From contig OZ024743.1 of NCBI GenBank assembly GCA_964016885.1, positions 290,036,001 through 290,100,000 on the forward strand: 64,000 nt of DNA, given 5' to 3'. The translations under genes were made by a program, and so were the position numbers. Below, one piece after another: positions 26,771-40,085 of the stretch. A model generated the notes under the pieces. That model was not told the DNA's origin. It made no database searches and was given only the letters and a program-made list of their open reading frames with translations. Within the stretch, counting starts at the first letter, position 1. Each line of letters begins with the position of its first letter. This stretch comes from Eledone cirrhosa. Taxonomy: Eukaryota.

Positions 26771-27200
26771 CTATAATAAAGGAAGGTCTGTGGGACTACG
26801 TACGGTTTATTTCTTTTCATCCAGTTAGTAAAATAAATTTGATTACTTTGAATAAATAATAAATGAATATTACATAATTTATGTACTAAATTTCGTAAAC
26901 AAATAATTTCTTAAAAATAAATAATTTAAAATTGACTTCTTTTCAAAGTTGCACTTCCGGTATATCGTCGCCGTCACCACCACTTCCACTACCATAGAAA
27001 GAGAGAGTGTGTGATGAGAGAGACAGAGAGATTATGATTTTCTACACGCTGACGTGTATGAATGTGGACATGCATACATCTATATGTATGAGTATATAAC
27101 TATTATGAGTATATAACTATAATCGCTTAAACACAAGTTTAAAAAAATACACCCTCACGGACATAATTCACACAAATACACATACATACATTTACACAAA
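26771..27200 (+). mobile_element. Dispersed repeat, probably a Helitron-type 5' portion; inverted copies at about 62460-62949 and 54171-54565
   Basis: Starts CTATAATAAAGG; shared blocks CTTCCGGTATATCGTCGCC and TTCTACACGCTGACG. Confidence 0.6.
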
Positions 27201-27499
27201 CACAGAAACATAGTCATGATAGCAGTCTTCGGTGAAATCGGAAATGGGAGGGTAAAACATGTATAACGTTTTATTTATTTATTATCTCTTTATTTATTTA
27301 TTAACTCTTTTTTTTAAAAACTCATTTAATATAATGGTTACAGAACGAAAACACTAACACATATAATATATACAAAGGAAAGGGAAAGAAAAAAAGAAAC
27401 AGAAAAAATATACAAGCAGGTAATACACACATCTTAGGCCACAGGAGCCGCTACCAGAGCAAAAGATAGCAATATTGCGAGGAGCACTGGGAAACCTCT

Positions 27500-27869
27500 C
27501 TAATAATTTTTGAGGCAGGCCAGCACGCTCGTAGCGTTACCTGGGGTGATGGCGAGGCTGAGGTGCTGGAACAACCAAGTGCCCTCGCGAGCATCACCAG
27601 TTACCTCTGTTTGGCGAGCCGCCAGTGAAGATAAGAATCTCGCTGTCAGTATCCCGACTCCCCCAAACGTCTCGAACGCCACAGCCTGGATAATGTAGTT
27701 AGCTGACAGTAGAGGGTATTTTAGAATTTTGTTCCGTTCAGCTGCGGATGCTGTAGCTCCCACCCTTACCTCTGCATCCAGAATGTGGGAAGAAGCAAAA
27801 GAGTCACTAACTGTGACGTCCCAGAGAATGCACCTACCTCTTGACCAGGAGCACAGAGTAAGACCGTCA
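27500..27869 (-). pseudogene. 3' end (RLE domain) of CRE-clade non-LTR retrotransposon
   Basis: DGLTLCSWSRGRCILWDVTV...AERNKILKY...AFETFG...TGDAREGTWLFQHLSLAITPGNATSV. Confidence 0.75.
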
Positions 27870-28200
27870 AATAATTATTGTGGGTAAAATGGTAGGTAAA
27901 ATAATTTAGTGGGTAAAATGGTGGGTAAACTAATTACTGTGGGTAAAGAGGTGGCTAAAGTGATTATTGTTGGTAAACGTGGTGGCTAAAGTGATTATTG
28001 TTGGTAGTGGTGAGTAAAAATGATTATTGTGGGTAAAATGGTGGGTAAATAATTATTGTGGGTAAAGTGGTATGTACAATGATTATTGTGGGTAAAGTGG
28101 TCGGTAAAATGATTATTGTGGGTAAAAGGGTAGGTAAAATATTGGGTAAATTTGTGGGTAAGATAATGATAGTGGGTAAAATGGTAGGTAAAGTGGTGGG
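27870..28200. repeat. Degenerate ~30-bp minisatellite (TGATTATTGTGGGTAAAGTGGTGGGTAAAA)
   Basis: About 10 imperfect tandem units followed by a purine-rich tract. Confidence 0.8.
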
Positions 28201-28655
28201 TGAAATCACGAAAGGGAGAAAGAGGGTAGAAAGTGGAGTAATGGGGAGTAGGGAAAGAATGGGCTGGAAGAGGCAGAAGTGGAAGAAGTGGAGGAAAATA
28301 ATGAAGGGAAGGAAAGAGGTAAACGAGGAGGGAAGACAGAAGGTTAAAGAAATAGGGAAAGTGAGGTTAAAAAATGGGGAAAAGTAGGGAAGAGGGGTAA
28401 AGAGGGATACGAAGTCTGAAAGTGTGGGAAAGAGGCGGAAAAGAGTGTAATGAGGGAGGATCAACACCACGAGGTCAACCACAAGACAATGAGGTCACGT
28501 AAAGTGATATGTATTTCTTTCACAAAAAAATGAAGCAAAAGATACCAAGCAACCATGCAACTTCAATAGCTCTTCATCATCGACTCCGGGAGAAACTCTA
28601 GGACCAACCACCAATAAACACCCTGGGGGTCGGCAAACATGATCAACTGTCCCGT

Positions 28656-29447
28656 ATGTCTATGATCAGATCTCCAGTCAGATTCTTATTCGACACAGAA
28701 GTAGAAGTCATTTTCATCCCGGCATCTGCAAACGACCTCCGTTATAGAGAGGGGAGTCAGTGGCTGCTGCCAATGATTCTACAATCAAAGCTTACAGATA
28801 CCGTACTCTCCCCCTCCACAGAGGCTCACAGTAATATACATGGACATTCACCGTCGCTGATGTCCATCAATCTATCATTAGAGCAGACCTCCTTCGGCTC
28901 ACTCACTGCTGGTCGATAATAAGGGGAGATGATTCGTCAATAGCAGTAAGTATACCTCTTTTTCTCTGACAACATCTGCACGCGTGACTTTTCTTATATC
29001 AAACGTCTCTGAGACCAAGAACGAGTTCTCGGAATTCCTTTCGAATTACCTTAAACTCATTATCATGACATCTCCCAATCCACAACTCACCACAGAGTAA
29101 AGCACTACATTCCAACCACCAGTTCTCCAGTACACAACCGTGTATGTCGTCTACCACCAGACACATTTTCTATTGTGAAGATCAAATTTGACAATACGGA
29201 AGATTTGGGCATCATTCATCGATCAACCGTCCCTCGTGTTCATCTCTACACGAAGCGCCAAAACCCAATAGAGCTTGGCGACCCAGCAGCGATTATCGCC
29301 GTGTTTAACAAAAGTATCTCACCCTACTGCTACTCCATTCTGCATATACAAGGCTTCTCGGTTCAGTTAACAGGGTGCTCGATTTTCTCCCAAATCTACC
29401 TCAACCGAAGTTATCATCAATTACCTGTACTAGATGATAAAATATAA
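28656..29447 (+). pseudogene. Degraded Ty3/Gypsy protease-RT remnant
   Basis: RFLFDTEVEV (protease D-T-G-like); KHYIPTTSSPV..RLPP; GIIHRS; GCSIFSQIYLNRSYHQLPV (cf. FSKIDLxxAYHQIPV). Confidence 0.7.
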
Positions 29448-29721
29448 ATACATTTTAATACAAAAAGAAAAAAAGAAAATTCAGATTAAGAAAATAGAAT
29501 GGAATGTAAAATAGGAAAATATTTAAAAAAACGGAAAAAGAAAGATATGGCAAGGGCTCTAGTGATGTAAATAAAATTATTAAACAAAAATGACAGAGGT
29601 TATTAATAACAGTAAAAGTTAATAATGAGAAGAACATTAAAGTATAGTTAAGCATACACATATGCATACACACGCACATATATACATATATATACATATA
29701 TACATAAGTACACACAAACAC

Positions 29722-30420
29722 ACCCATATCACCTTGATCACCTTGACCGACCAACCAGTCTGCCGGGCGTCCATTCAGCGCCGCTGGTCACAGCACGCCG
29801 CCCATTCCTCTCTGGATCGTGCTTTCCTCATCCATGTAGTCCCAATCATATTCCTAAAATCGTAACTCCACTTTCGTGGAGGTCTTCCGAGTGGTCGTTT
29901 CGGCTCGCGCGGGTACCACTCGGCAACTGCGCGGGTCCACCGATTATCGGTGAACCGGGCGACGTATCCAGCCCATCTGAACTTGCTGCGTATATATTCC
30001 GTGATGACGTCCCTCACGCCGGACTTCTGTCTGATGACTCCGCTCCTGATGTGCTCTCTGAACGAGATTCCTAACATTGATCTCTCCATGGCTCTTTGAG
30101 CCGTTACCAGCCTCTGCACTTCTCTCTTCATTGTAGCCCAAGTTTCATTGCCATATAACATTGCAGGTAAAACTGTGCTATTGAAGAGGTTGGCGCGGGT
30201 GGTCTTGTCTAACCTCCCCTTGAGCACATCCCTTATGCCGTTCAACGCCTTCCATCCGGCCCGTACCCTCCACGAGATCTCCCTCTCAACGTCTCGGCGC
30301 ATGTTCAATTCTTGTCCGAGGTAGACGTAATCCCCCACCTCCTTTATTTCATCACCGCCAACCACCATTCGACCTGTTGGTACGTTGTCGGACCGCATGA
30401 GCTTCGTTTTCATGCGGTTC
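29722..30420 (-). mobile_element. 5'-truncated RTE-clade LINE (RT thumb/C-terminus, 3' UTR, short repeat tail)
   Basis: 215-aa open frame with YVYLGQ, LFNSTVLPAMLYGNETW, WAGYVAR..DNRWT, WYPR..KRPLGRPPRKW; tail (CAAGGTGAT)2. Confidence 0.85.
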
Positions 30421-30461
<41 letters not shown>

Positions 30462-30577
30462 CGTGTGCGTGTGCGTGTGTGTATGTGTGTCTGGGTGTGT
30501 GTGTGTTTGTGTGATTTTCTTTGTATTAACACTGGTCTGAGGAACTTACTGAACAGTTTTCTTCGAACTTACTGAAC

Positions 30578-30669
<92 letters not shown>

Positions 30670-32725
30670 CTTAGTTTGTGTGCGTGTGTGTGTGTGTGAT
30701 TTACGTGTTTAGAACGGCAATATGTTAATTGATGGAGATTTGTCTTCAATTACTTCGAGGTAGTGCGATCGCATAGACATGCCCTCCTTTGTAATGTTTT
30801 AATAAATTAACTACCGACACTATAATGTTCATAACACGACAATGATTTGTGAATAAACAAATCATTATCTTACTTTCACAACTCGGTTACCAAACATTTA
30901 TATCCCCAATTGTGTCACCAAACAATGTAAAATTACTTAGTCATTCGCCTATCACAACTTTGCAAATTACCATGAACACAAAGATCTGCCGCCTAATTCA
31001 CCATAAACATAAATCATGCCTCAGTTATTTCCCATATATAGCTACCAAATTTAAAAAATGCTAACTTGGTGACATATTGTACATTTGGTTTCTTGCCGTA
31101 TACTTCTAATTGAGGTTAATATTCTCTTTCCAACATACGTTACCACTAACTTATCAACTACTAATATTTACCGGAAATCTAAATTGAAACTTGGAAAGAT
31201 GATGCCATAGAAGGTCTTATTACAACAACGTAGTCTTTGTGTTTAATTATGAAATACACTTTAGAAACATTCCGAAGTATTTAGCTGCCAGTTTTGAATT
31301 CAAACCAAATACCATAGAAGTTCTCTTAGCCTGCTCTTCTCTTAGCTTGCTTACAAAGTTCGCTGTCCTTTTCCAGTACACAAAGGATAAATCATGAGTT
31401 GCTTAAATAGAGTAGCTTATCATTACATCCTTGAAACACTCTTACTCATATTGAACTATGTTGTATTCGATGAAATATGTACTGGAGCAGAGCGCGCCGA
31501 ATTCAGCATCCGAACTATTTTTTCAGTGTTAAATGTCAGTAAGGCTCTAAATTCCACGTTTAAAACTCTGAGATTATAATATTTCTTTAAATTCTAGCCA
31601 AAATTATGTCGTCTTGTATAAAAGTGAGAAATTAATGTTCTTTGTAACATCATTGTGAAATGACAAAATTGATAGGTTTCCGGAAAGAATAGTGAACATT
31701 TTTGTTTTGTTAGTTGACATTCAAATCAAAATGTCGGTGCGGAACGTATCTCAAACAAAGGCTTTGGCAGCTGTATAGAAAATAAACAAATCATAAGAAA
31801 AAAATTGAGAATAGTATACAGCAAAAATGTTAACTGAATTCTTTTTTTCTATGGTATTATAGCGATTTTGATGTCTCACATATCAATATCATCACCGACA
31901 ACGATAGTATCAACAGAAATAATGATGAAAATAACATCAACACACAGCTTTACAATTGTCATGACTCAAAAATACAAACAATTTTCAAACAAATAAATCT
32001 TAGTGTCGTGTCACAAATGTGTGTATTTCTTTGCCGAAGAATTTGCAGAAGTCTGGGTAAGAAGCAAATGATGTGCCTTTGTCTGAAATTGTGTGGAAAC
32101 AGTTTGTACGCTCTGCAAAGATGAGTTGGAGCAGGAACTCACAGATGCGTGGAACAGTATGTTTTCCATTGGGAGAAGTAGTATCTGTCTAGATTACTTG
32201 CCCGATTGTAATGTAGTGGCAAACGGTGATCGCAAGATACTCATGTAACGAAACGCTTGTACAACAGTTATAGATCCAAGAAAAGCAGAGCTAACAGAAA
32301 ACTATTGGATCCTCGTTCTAACTATGCATAGCGCAATATGAATGGAAGCTAGTGTGGAGGTGTGAACAATTGATGAATGGCTAGTGTGAGTGGGAGACCA
32401 ATATAAATTTGCAAAGTCTTATGAGCTATCAAAGCCGTAGAAGATGTCCGACGTTATATCACTTTGTCGGTACAATTATAGTTTTCGTATAGGACAAACA
32501 ACAGGCTGTTACAGTTTTAATTCCAAATGACAATTGTAAATCTTCTACCCAGAGGGGCTGAAAAGAAAACGTCGAGAGAAATAGAAGGAGGGAGTGAAAG
32601 AACGAGAGAAAGAGAGAAGTGTACGCACATGTATACACACACACATATATATATATATATATACACAAGCAAATTATAAATGTAAACATGTAAGTATGTT
32701 TTTGAAACGGTGCACGAGTTCGAAA

Positions 32726-32988
32726 ATTAGAAATTAGAAATTATAAGCTTTCACCGTATTTTAGACTAAAGAAATTTCTAGCCTGATAGTGGGGTTTATA
32801 ACCCTCGGAGAAATGGAAAAAGATGAGTGTTGCCGTACAGTGATCTGGATAACCAAAGATGTGGATTCGACTCCCATGTACGGCAACACTCATCTTTTTC
32901 CATTTCTCCGAGGGTTATAAACCCCACTATGAGGCTAGAAATTTCTTTAGTCTAAAATACGGTGAAAGCTTATAATTTCTAATTTCTA

Positions 32989-32990
<2 letters not shown>
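32726..32990. repeat. Foldback with 114-bp arms and a 37-nt loop containing a tRNA T-arm/B-box-like motif
   Basis: 32726-32839 vs 32877-32990 (1 mismatch seen); loop GTGGATTCGACTCCCA; related arm sequence at 52811-52890. Confidence 0.85.
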
Positions 32991-33067
<77 letters not shown>

Positions 33068-33539
33068 CATATGTGTGTGTGTGTGAGTATGTTTGTGTTT
33101 GTGTCTATGCCTGCATGTGCGTGTGTGTGTGAGTCGTTAGACAATATGTATCAGCAGAAGATGTAAAAATCGCCCAGAAATCACACTTACGTTTCATTCT
33201 AGTCCTCGGATAGGCATTGAATGGATGAAATAGCTGTGGTAAAACTGTCAGCAAAGAGGCTTTTCTACACAAAATAAATTATACAATATATAAATTATAT
33301 GAATATATCCTTAACTCCAATATTGAGAGACTATTATTTGATAGGATTTTAGTTCCTATCAAATCTGAGCAATGCAGATCATCTGGCCATCATGAGTTAC
33401 TCTAGAAATGATCTGCAAGACTTTCTGAATGTGCAGGCCAAGCATTCGCTGTATGCTGGCTAGCGCATCAACATTTCCAAAAAAAGTGTATGACAACCGA
33501 TACAGTCAATGCCAAACTATGAACAAACAACAATGCAAT

Positions 33540-33850
33540 GGTTGCTGCGCAGTATAGCATCGTTCTAGGTTGGGCAGCTTTCAACAAGAACAAGGGAGTA
33601 CTAACATCAACACGAGTTTCCTATCAGTTGAAGGTTAAGATCTTAAAAACTTACATACTGCCAGTTGTGTTATATGGTCTTGACTGTGTTAATTGAACGG
33701 CAAGGTCATTTCAGAAGCTTTCTACATTCCAGAACCACATCATGACACTTATGACTAGCAAGCGTCTCAGCGACCGTATCTGTATCAGTGAGCTGCTCAA
33801 AATTACCAGAGTAGACCAATTCCATCAATTGTCAAGTTAAGAGTACTCCA
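33540..33850 (+). pseudogene. Degraded RTE-like LINE fragment
   Basis: LGWAAFNKNKGVL...LKVKILKTYILPVVLYGLDC. Confidence 0.6.
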
Positions 33851-33856
33851 ATTATA

Positions 33857-34122
33857 CTGATTTACATCTTAGTAGACTGGCCAATCAGTCAGATCTGCAT
33901 GTTAGCAGATCCAGTGATCAGTCAGATTTGGATATCAGAGACTGGCCAGTCAGTTTCCTAGCGAAAATGTTCTTTTTTATTTGAATTTGGTAAAGCTGGC
34001 CATTTCTCGCTCGTATAAAGGAAACTGACTGGCCAGTCTGCTGATATGCAAATCTGGCTGCTCAGTGGATCTGCTAATATGCAGATCTGACTGATCAGCC
34101 AATCTGCTAATATGCAAATCAG
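33857..34122. mobile_element. Foldback/MITE-like element, ~100-bp inverted arms built from ~30-bp subrepeats
   Basis: 33857-33959 vs 34019-34122; unit CTGACTGGCCAGTCTGCTRATATGCARAT. Confidence 0.7.
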
Positions 34123-34410
34123 GCCGATGAGTCACTGAATATTTTTGAAAATAGCATATATTTTCACTAGCTCTGACAGTTTGACAGGTGAACAGTGAGC
34201 TAGCTGTACTGATGGAGGGTGATACCCAGAAATATTAGTGTCTGGAGTTCTGTTCACATGCCAACACAAGAGCAAGAATGAAAGGGTCATTCTACTGACA
34301 CGGTTATAAAATTGAAGCTTATTTGCATAATTGCAAACGAATCGAATGTTATTATTAATATTCGAAAAACTCAGATTACATTTATTGTATTCAGCCATGT
34401 AGAGCGAAAG

Positions 34411-34463
<53 letters not shown>

Positions 34464-34979
34464 CACAAATTTAAATAATTTTGAAAACCATACAATACAT
34501 TAGAAAGAAAATCAAAATTGGTAAGATAACAAAAGAATCTTACCTTAGCAAATTTGATAATCGCAAATACTTTTTAAAAACCCATTATCAAGGGAGTGAC
34601 TCGATGAGAGACTTAACAGATCGATCGGAGTTGACTTGCTTGTTTGGAGAGCAGATTTAAGTTAAATGAATGAAAAATACGTTACAATTTCGAATGTGTG
34701 CGTTGTGAAATGTATGATATATGCATGTGTGTGCTTGTAGGATGTTTGTATGTGTGTGCATGAATGTGTGTGCATGAATGTGTGTGCATGAATGTGTGTG
34801 CATGAATGTAAGTTTATGCAGGTGTGTGCGAATATGTATGTAATAAAACAGGATAAATATGTATGCAGGATATGTATGTGCGTGTGTGATTCTAAGTGTG
34901 CTTGCTTAATGAGGATATAGAAAGAATGAAACTGGCCTTTGGGATGTTGGAATACAGGATTTTAAATTAGCCATTCTGG

Positions 34980-35094
34980 TGGACCTCTTTCCATTCGATT
35001 ATTGATCCTAGGTTTTAATTGCTTGATTAAGAGGGCTTCCTTAATTCTCAGTGTGTCTAAACTGCGTTCGGTAGCTAAGATCGTGGTGGTAATG
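34980..35094 (-). pseudogene. PLE GIY-YIG C-terminal fragment
   Basis: TILATERSLDTLRIKEALLIKQLKPRINNRMERG. Confidence 0.6.
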
Positions 35095-35270
35095 TTCTAC
35101 AAGTGTGTTGTTTATCTTAGTTATTACGTATGAACATTCCTGATGAAAAGCAGGTCCTAGCGATCCGAAGCTCTACACGTCAATAGTTTATCCCAGGTAG
35201 GTGATAATGATTGACGGTGTATTCATTTATCAAATAATGGTAATTAAGACGGGACCGTACAACTACTGTA

Positions 35271-35436
35271 TGGTCATGCACGTCCGCCCAGTAGTGAACC
35301 ACTTAACTAGTGGATAGACGTAGTTAAGTGGTTCACTACTGGATGGACGTACATGGCCAGCGGGATATGAAAATGCCAGCACCGAGGATTCCGCAAGCAT
35401 CTGACGAAGTCCCACGAATAGTCATGAAACAGTAAT
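35271..35436 (+). mobile_element. 39-bp-arm hairpin followed by a degenerate HHR and (TAGA)n
   Basis: 35271-35309 vs 35321-35359; CTGACGA (35401)...GAAAC-A-GTA (35426-35434). Confidence 0.55.
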
Positions 35437-35478
35437 ATATATATACACAGATAGATAGATAGATAGATAGATAGATAT

Positions 35479-35537
<59 letters not shown>

Positions 35538-35881
35538 TATGCATAATATATGAACGAAAAATATAGGAAACTTGGCGAAGTCGGACACGTTGACTGCTTG
35601 CACGCTCATTGTCTATAAGGCGTTTTTGGAGTTTAGGTTGTTTAAAGGAGAATAACACTCTTTCCATTGCGCCTATATCCTCTTCTGAGTGTCTATATGA
35701 AGTCATATGCGATATATGTATTGATAGTATTCATTCAGTTGTATCACTGTGAGTATGTCACATCTACCTTTCTGCTACTGCTAACATTTTAATTGTGCTC
35801 TAGAGGTACGTGAGCCACCATGAAAATGATTCATCTAGTAAATATTAAAGATACTAACATCAACAACTAAGTGTACCCTAG

Positions 35882-36647
35882 TTGGCAGTATTGGTAGAGG
35901 GTCGGACGCCATGCTTTGACGCATAGAGTTACGGCCCTTGCCATTATGAGTTCAAATCCCGCCGAGGTTAACTTTGCCTTTCATCCTTACGGGGTGGATA
36001 AAATAAAGTACCAGTAATACACTGGGTCATTGCTGGCCTTAAGCCTAACGTAGAAACAATTATTAGTAATTGGATTGGCAGTATCGGTAGAGAGTGGGAC
36101 GCCATGCTTTGACGCATAGAGTTACGGCCCTTGCCATTCTGAGTTCAAATCCCACCGAGGTTAACTTTACCTTTCATCCTTACGGGGTCGATAAAATAAA
36201 GTACCAGTAATGTACTGGTAATTGCTGGCCTTGTGCCAACAGAAGAAACAATTATTAGTAATTGGCAATATCGGTAGAGGGTCGGACACTATGATTTCCA
36301 GCATAGTTACGTCCCTATATCGTCTGAGTTCAAATCCCGCGGAGGTTAACTTTTCCTTTCATCATTACGGGGTCGATAAAACAAAGTACCACTAATGCAC
36401 TGGATAATTGCTGGCCTTGTGCCAAAAGTAGAAACAATTATTAGTAAAGGGCGGTGGATTGGCAGTATCGGTAGAGGGTCGGACGCCATGCTTTGCAGCA
36501 AACATTTACGGCCCTTTATGTTCTGAGTTCAAATCCCGCCGAGGTTAACTTTGCCTTTCATCCTTACGGGGTCGATAAAATAAAGTACCAGTAATACACT
36601 AGGATAATTGCTGACCTTGTGCCAACAGTAGAAACAATTATTAGTAA
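35882..36647 (+). mobile_element. Four head-to-tail SINE copies each followed by ATTATTAGTAA
   Basis: Starts at 35882, 36071, 36262, 36448. Confidence 0.9.
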
Positions 36648-36674
36648 ATAATGTTAGTCATAGAATAAGTATAT

Positions 36675-36774
36675 AATTGTTTCTACTTTTGGCACAAAGC
36701 CAGCAATTAACCAGTGCATTACTGGTACTTTATTTTATCGACCCCGAACGGATGAAAGGCAAAGTCAACCTCGG
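36675..36774 (-). mobile_element. 5'-truncated SINE
   Basis: TSD GAATAAGTATATAAT (36663/36774). Confidence 0.85.
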
Positions 36775-39357
36775 AATAAGTATATAATGCCTTTACATGT
36801 ATATTGCGACACGTGTAGCGTAATCTCAGATTAAAATGCTCACACCGAGATATGCGTATATTCATTATACTTTGCAATATTTTAATTTATTTCATATTCG
36901 CTTACATTTTGTATCATGCTATTTTCGTCTCGCTACTAGTGTATACAGTCTTAGGGAAATCTAAAGAATTAGGCTGCCGTAAGTCTCCCCTAAAACATAT
37001 AACCTCTCCCTTATAAAGAAACATCAGCCAACTGGTCCTGAGTGAGCCAGTATTTGAAAAAAATTGTATGACCAATATTCCACCATACATGGTTGGATTT
37101 TGGGTTCTTTGTATGAGACATTTACGTTACTCCATAGGTGTTAATTATAATACTAATTTATTCGTTAACACACACTCTTCTCATTCAGTGCATTGAGCGA
37201 ATTGGTAAGTTTCTCCACCAACAAGTCACAATGACGTGGTTAGTACAGGCCTACAGAATAAAATAATTAAATCTCTAAAACAGACAATTTGGAAATAAAA
37301 CATTAAACGTACTGAATAAATCTGTATAATGACCTTCGTGAAAAAAACAAATGAACGTGATAAAATGGAAATAAGCCAAAATAGCTAGCGAAGAAATCAA
37401 ATAATAAAACTACAATAAAACACAAAAATGGCTTCTAAGAAATAAGTCCACACTAATAAACTAAAAGAAAAGCCTGAAAAGCAATGTATTAGCTAGAATA
37501 AACTAAAAGTGACAACAATGAAATATGCGAATACCTATACCGCAATATAACCTACACCACAGTATAAAAAAATACAAATCAACCAGTAAACGTATCGTTT
37601 ACAGACAACACACAATAGTATAAACATAAACACACCAGACCAGAGTCAATATAACCATAGAAATAAAATGATATGTAATTAGAATAATAGTCATTAATGC
37701 CTGTCTAGCGTTAAGCGTGAACTAGAAGGGCAACGAAAAAATTAAATATACATAAGTCATTCGACTACAACAGGTATGGATAACATTCTTCTTCATTCGA
37801 CAAAACTTCATCATTGGACATTGTATGTATATGTAATAGACAATAACAATGGAGGTTTAAAAAGACGGATTATTAGAATCTTTTATAATTATTTCAACAC
37901 GTAACATACAGTGAATTTTCTTATTCCGGAAATTTACATAGACATGCTGTATAATTTTCTACTTTGGGGTTTTCCTTGGAGAATATCACTTTATCGGACA
38001 TAAACGGTTTGTTTCACTTCAGTGCAGTGGATGGCATTTCATGCACTTGAACGGTAGGCAAATGTCTGAAGAAAAATAAAATTCACTCGTTGTGAATATG
38101 TTTAGTATATATTAACATAGCATCACGCACGCACTACACATATAGGGAAAGCCATACATGCTAATATAACAATTTTGAAAAGCGGGTAAAGATATACCAG
38201 ACCGACATTTTTAAAGGGAATCATAGCATAATTTAGATATAATAATCAGTCAATGACACGCTATGCGGGAAGAGCTTATTCCTGTGTGTGTTCAAGTTAA
38301 ATGAAAGTGCATATAACTAGTTCCCTGGCTCACAATTCCAAATCTCTATCTGACTGATGAATTAGTTGCTCTCAATTCATGGCAGGAAGACATTTTTCCA
38401 TAATTATATAATTTGTTAATTGTGTAGATTTAACAGTTTAATTTAATGAGAGTTTATTGCGCTTTCATTGAGGTAGACCCATATCGAAATTTAACCCCAT
38501 AACATTTTCTCATCCGCCAGTAAACCAAATGGTTAATGCAAATACATTTTCTATTTGAGGGGGACAGATCCAGATATTGTTTTAAGAGCAAACAATTATT
38601 ACAAAAATATTACACCGGGAATAAATCTTCATATAGTTAATATTAAAATATCAATAATGAATTAATACTGCGATTAAACGTGTCATTTATATTTCAGAAT
38701 ACTTATTAATAACAAGTTGCCACTATCATTACATTCGGTGCATCACCGATAATGTTTTGATAATAGTTCCTAAGATATCATTGCTAATATTAGGGTTGCA
38801 ATTACAATCATATTGTTAATAATCCCTTTCATAGCCGCAAGGTAGTACGCTAATGATGGTACACACGCACACACACACACACACACACACAAAGATATAT
38901 ATATATATAGATAGATATATTAGATATGAGATTATCTTTATGATGAATTAATAAAATCTGTTGAAACTTTCCTAAAATGATATAGACATTTAATTAACAA
39001 TAGCCACGAACTTATACACAGAGAAAGATTGTAAAGAATGTTAATAAATTATGATTTGAAACCCTATTGATTATATTAATTATAATCTCTTTAAAAGGAG
39101 CATGTGAACATACGGAAATGCAATCTGGTTGATATAGGCCAGAATTTATCATAAGTACTTTCCAACATTTCGAAGTACCAACAATTTACATTAAGCATTA
39201 AGCTGGATAGTCGCTAGTAAGAAGACGATGCATATATTTGCGTAATGTTCACAGCTTTTTCACTTCAGTATAATTGTAAACATTAATGAATAGTAAAAGT
39301 TATGTCTTTGTATAAGCGAAATATCTCAGCATTCCTGAACACGTTTAATATACACAC

Positions 39358-39436
<79 letters not shown>

Positions 39437-39437
39437 A

Positions 39438-40085
39438 AACTGAACAAAAAGGAAAAACGAACACAGACTTATACATATATGTGTTCAAATCGTAAGGGAC
39501 TAGATTCGCTAAGCTGAAAAGAATACTAACTACAGACAATAGGGTTTGCTAGACACAATTTAAGAATAAATCAAGAAAAATAAATACAAACCAGAATTGT
39601 GGTAACTACCGAACACCCGGACATTTTTGTTAATACTGTTTCGCAATATTAATTGTAAAGAGGAATACCAAAATTATAGCTCAACACCGGCTGAAGAATT
39701 ATTAGTATCCACTTCTAAATATAATACAAAACTGGATAGTATGCGTATATGTAACGCACATGGTTCCAGAACTTAGCGTATCTCGCAAACTCACGCCACT
39801 AAAAATAGCAGCCGGGTTTATCGACATTTGAATTAGCGCGACGAATTAACGGAGCCGAATATATCAAAGGCATGAATTGATTTAGAATCTCAAAATAGTC
39901 TCATTACATTAAATTAGCTCTAGGAGAGAGGTTTTTCCGAGCCGTATAATATAACTGAACAAAACAGAAAAAACGAACACTGACATATACATATATGTGT
40001 TCATTATACGGCCGTTATATTATACGGCTCGGAAAAACCTCTTTCCTAGAGCTAATTTACTGTAATGAGACTATTTCGAGTTTCT
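39438..40085. mobile_element. Element with A-body-B-A'-B(inverted) topology
   Basis: A 39438-39487 repeated at 39953-40003; B 39884-39955 inverted at 40014-40085. Confidence 0.7.

Noticed and set aside
27870-28200. Telomere-like G-rich repeat
   Set aside because: Unit is about 30 bp and degenerate, not (TTAGGG)n.
32832-32885. tRNA gene
   Set aside because: Too short; D and anticodon arms cannot be formed.
34539-34655. Minus-strand exon ending in strong donor AAG|GTAAGA
   Set aside because: Stops in all three frames and no partner exons; a non-coding exon cannot be excluded.
35882-36647. CRISPR-like regular repeats
   Set aside because: About 185-bp Pol III SINE copies; no unique spacers or cas genes; eukaryotic context.
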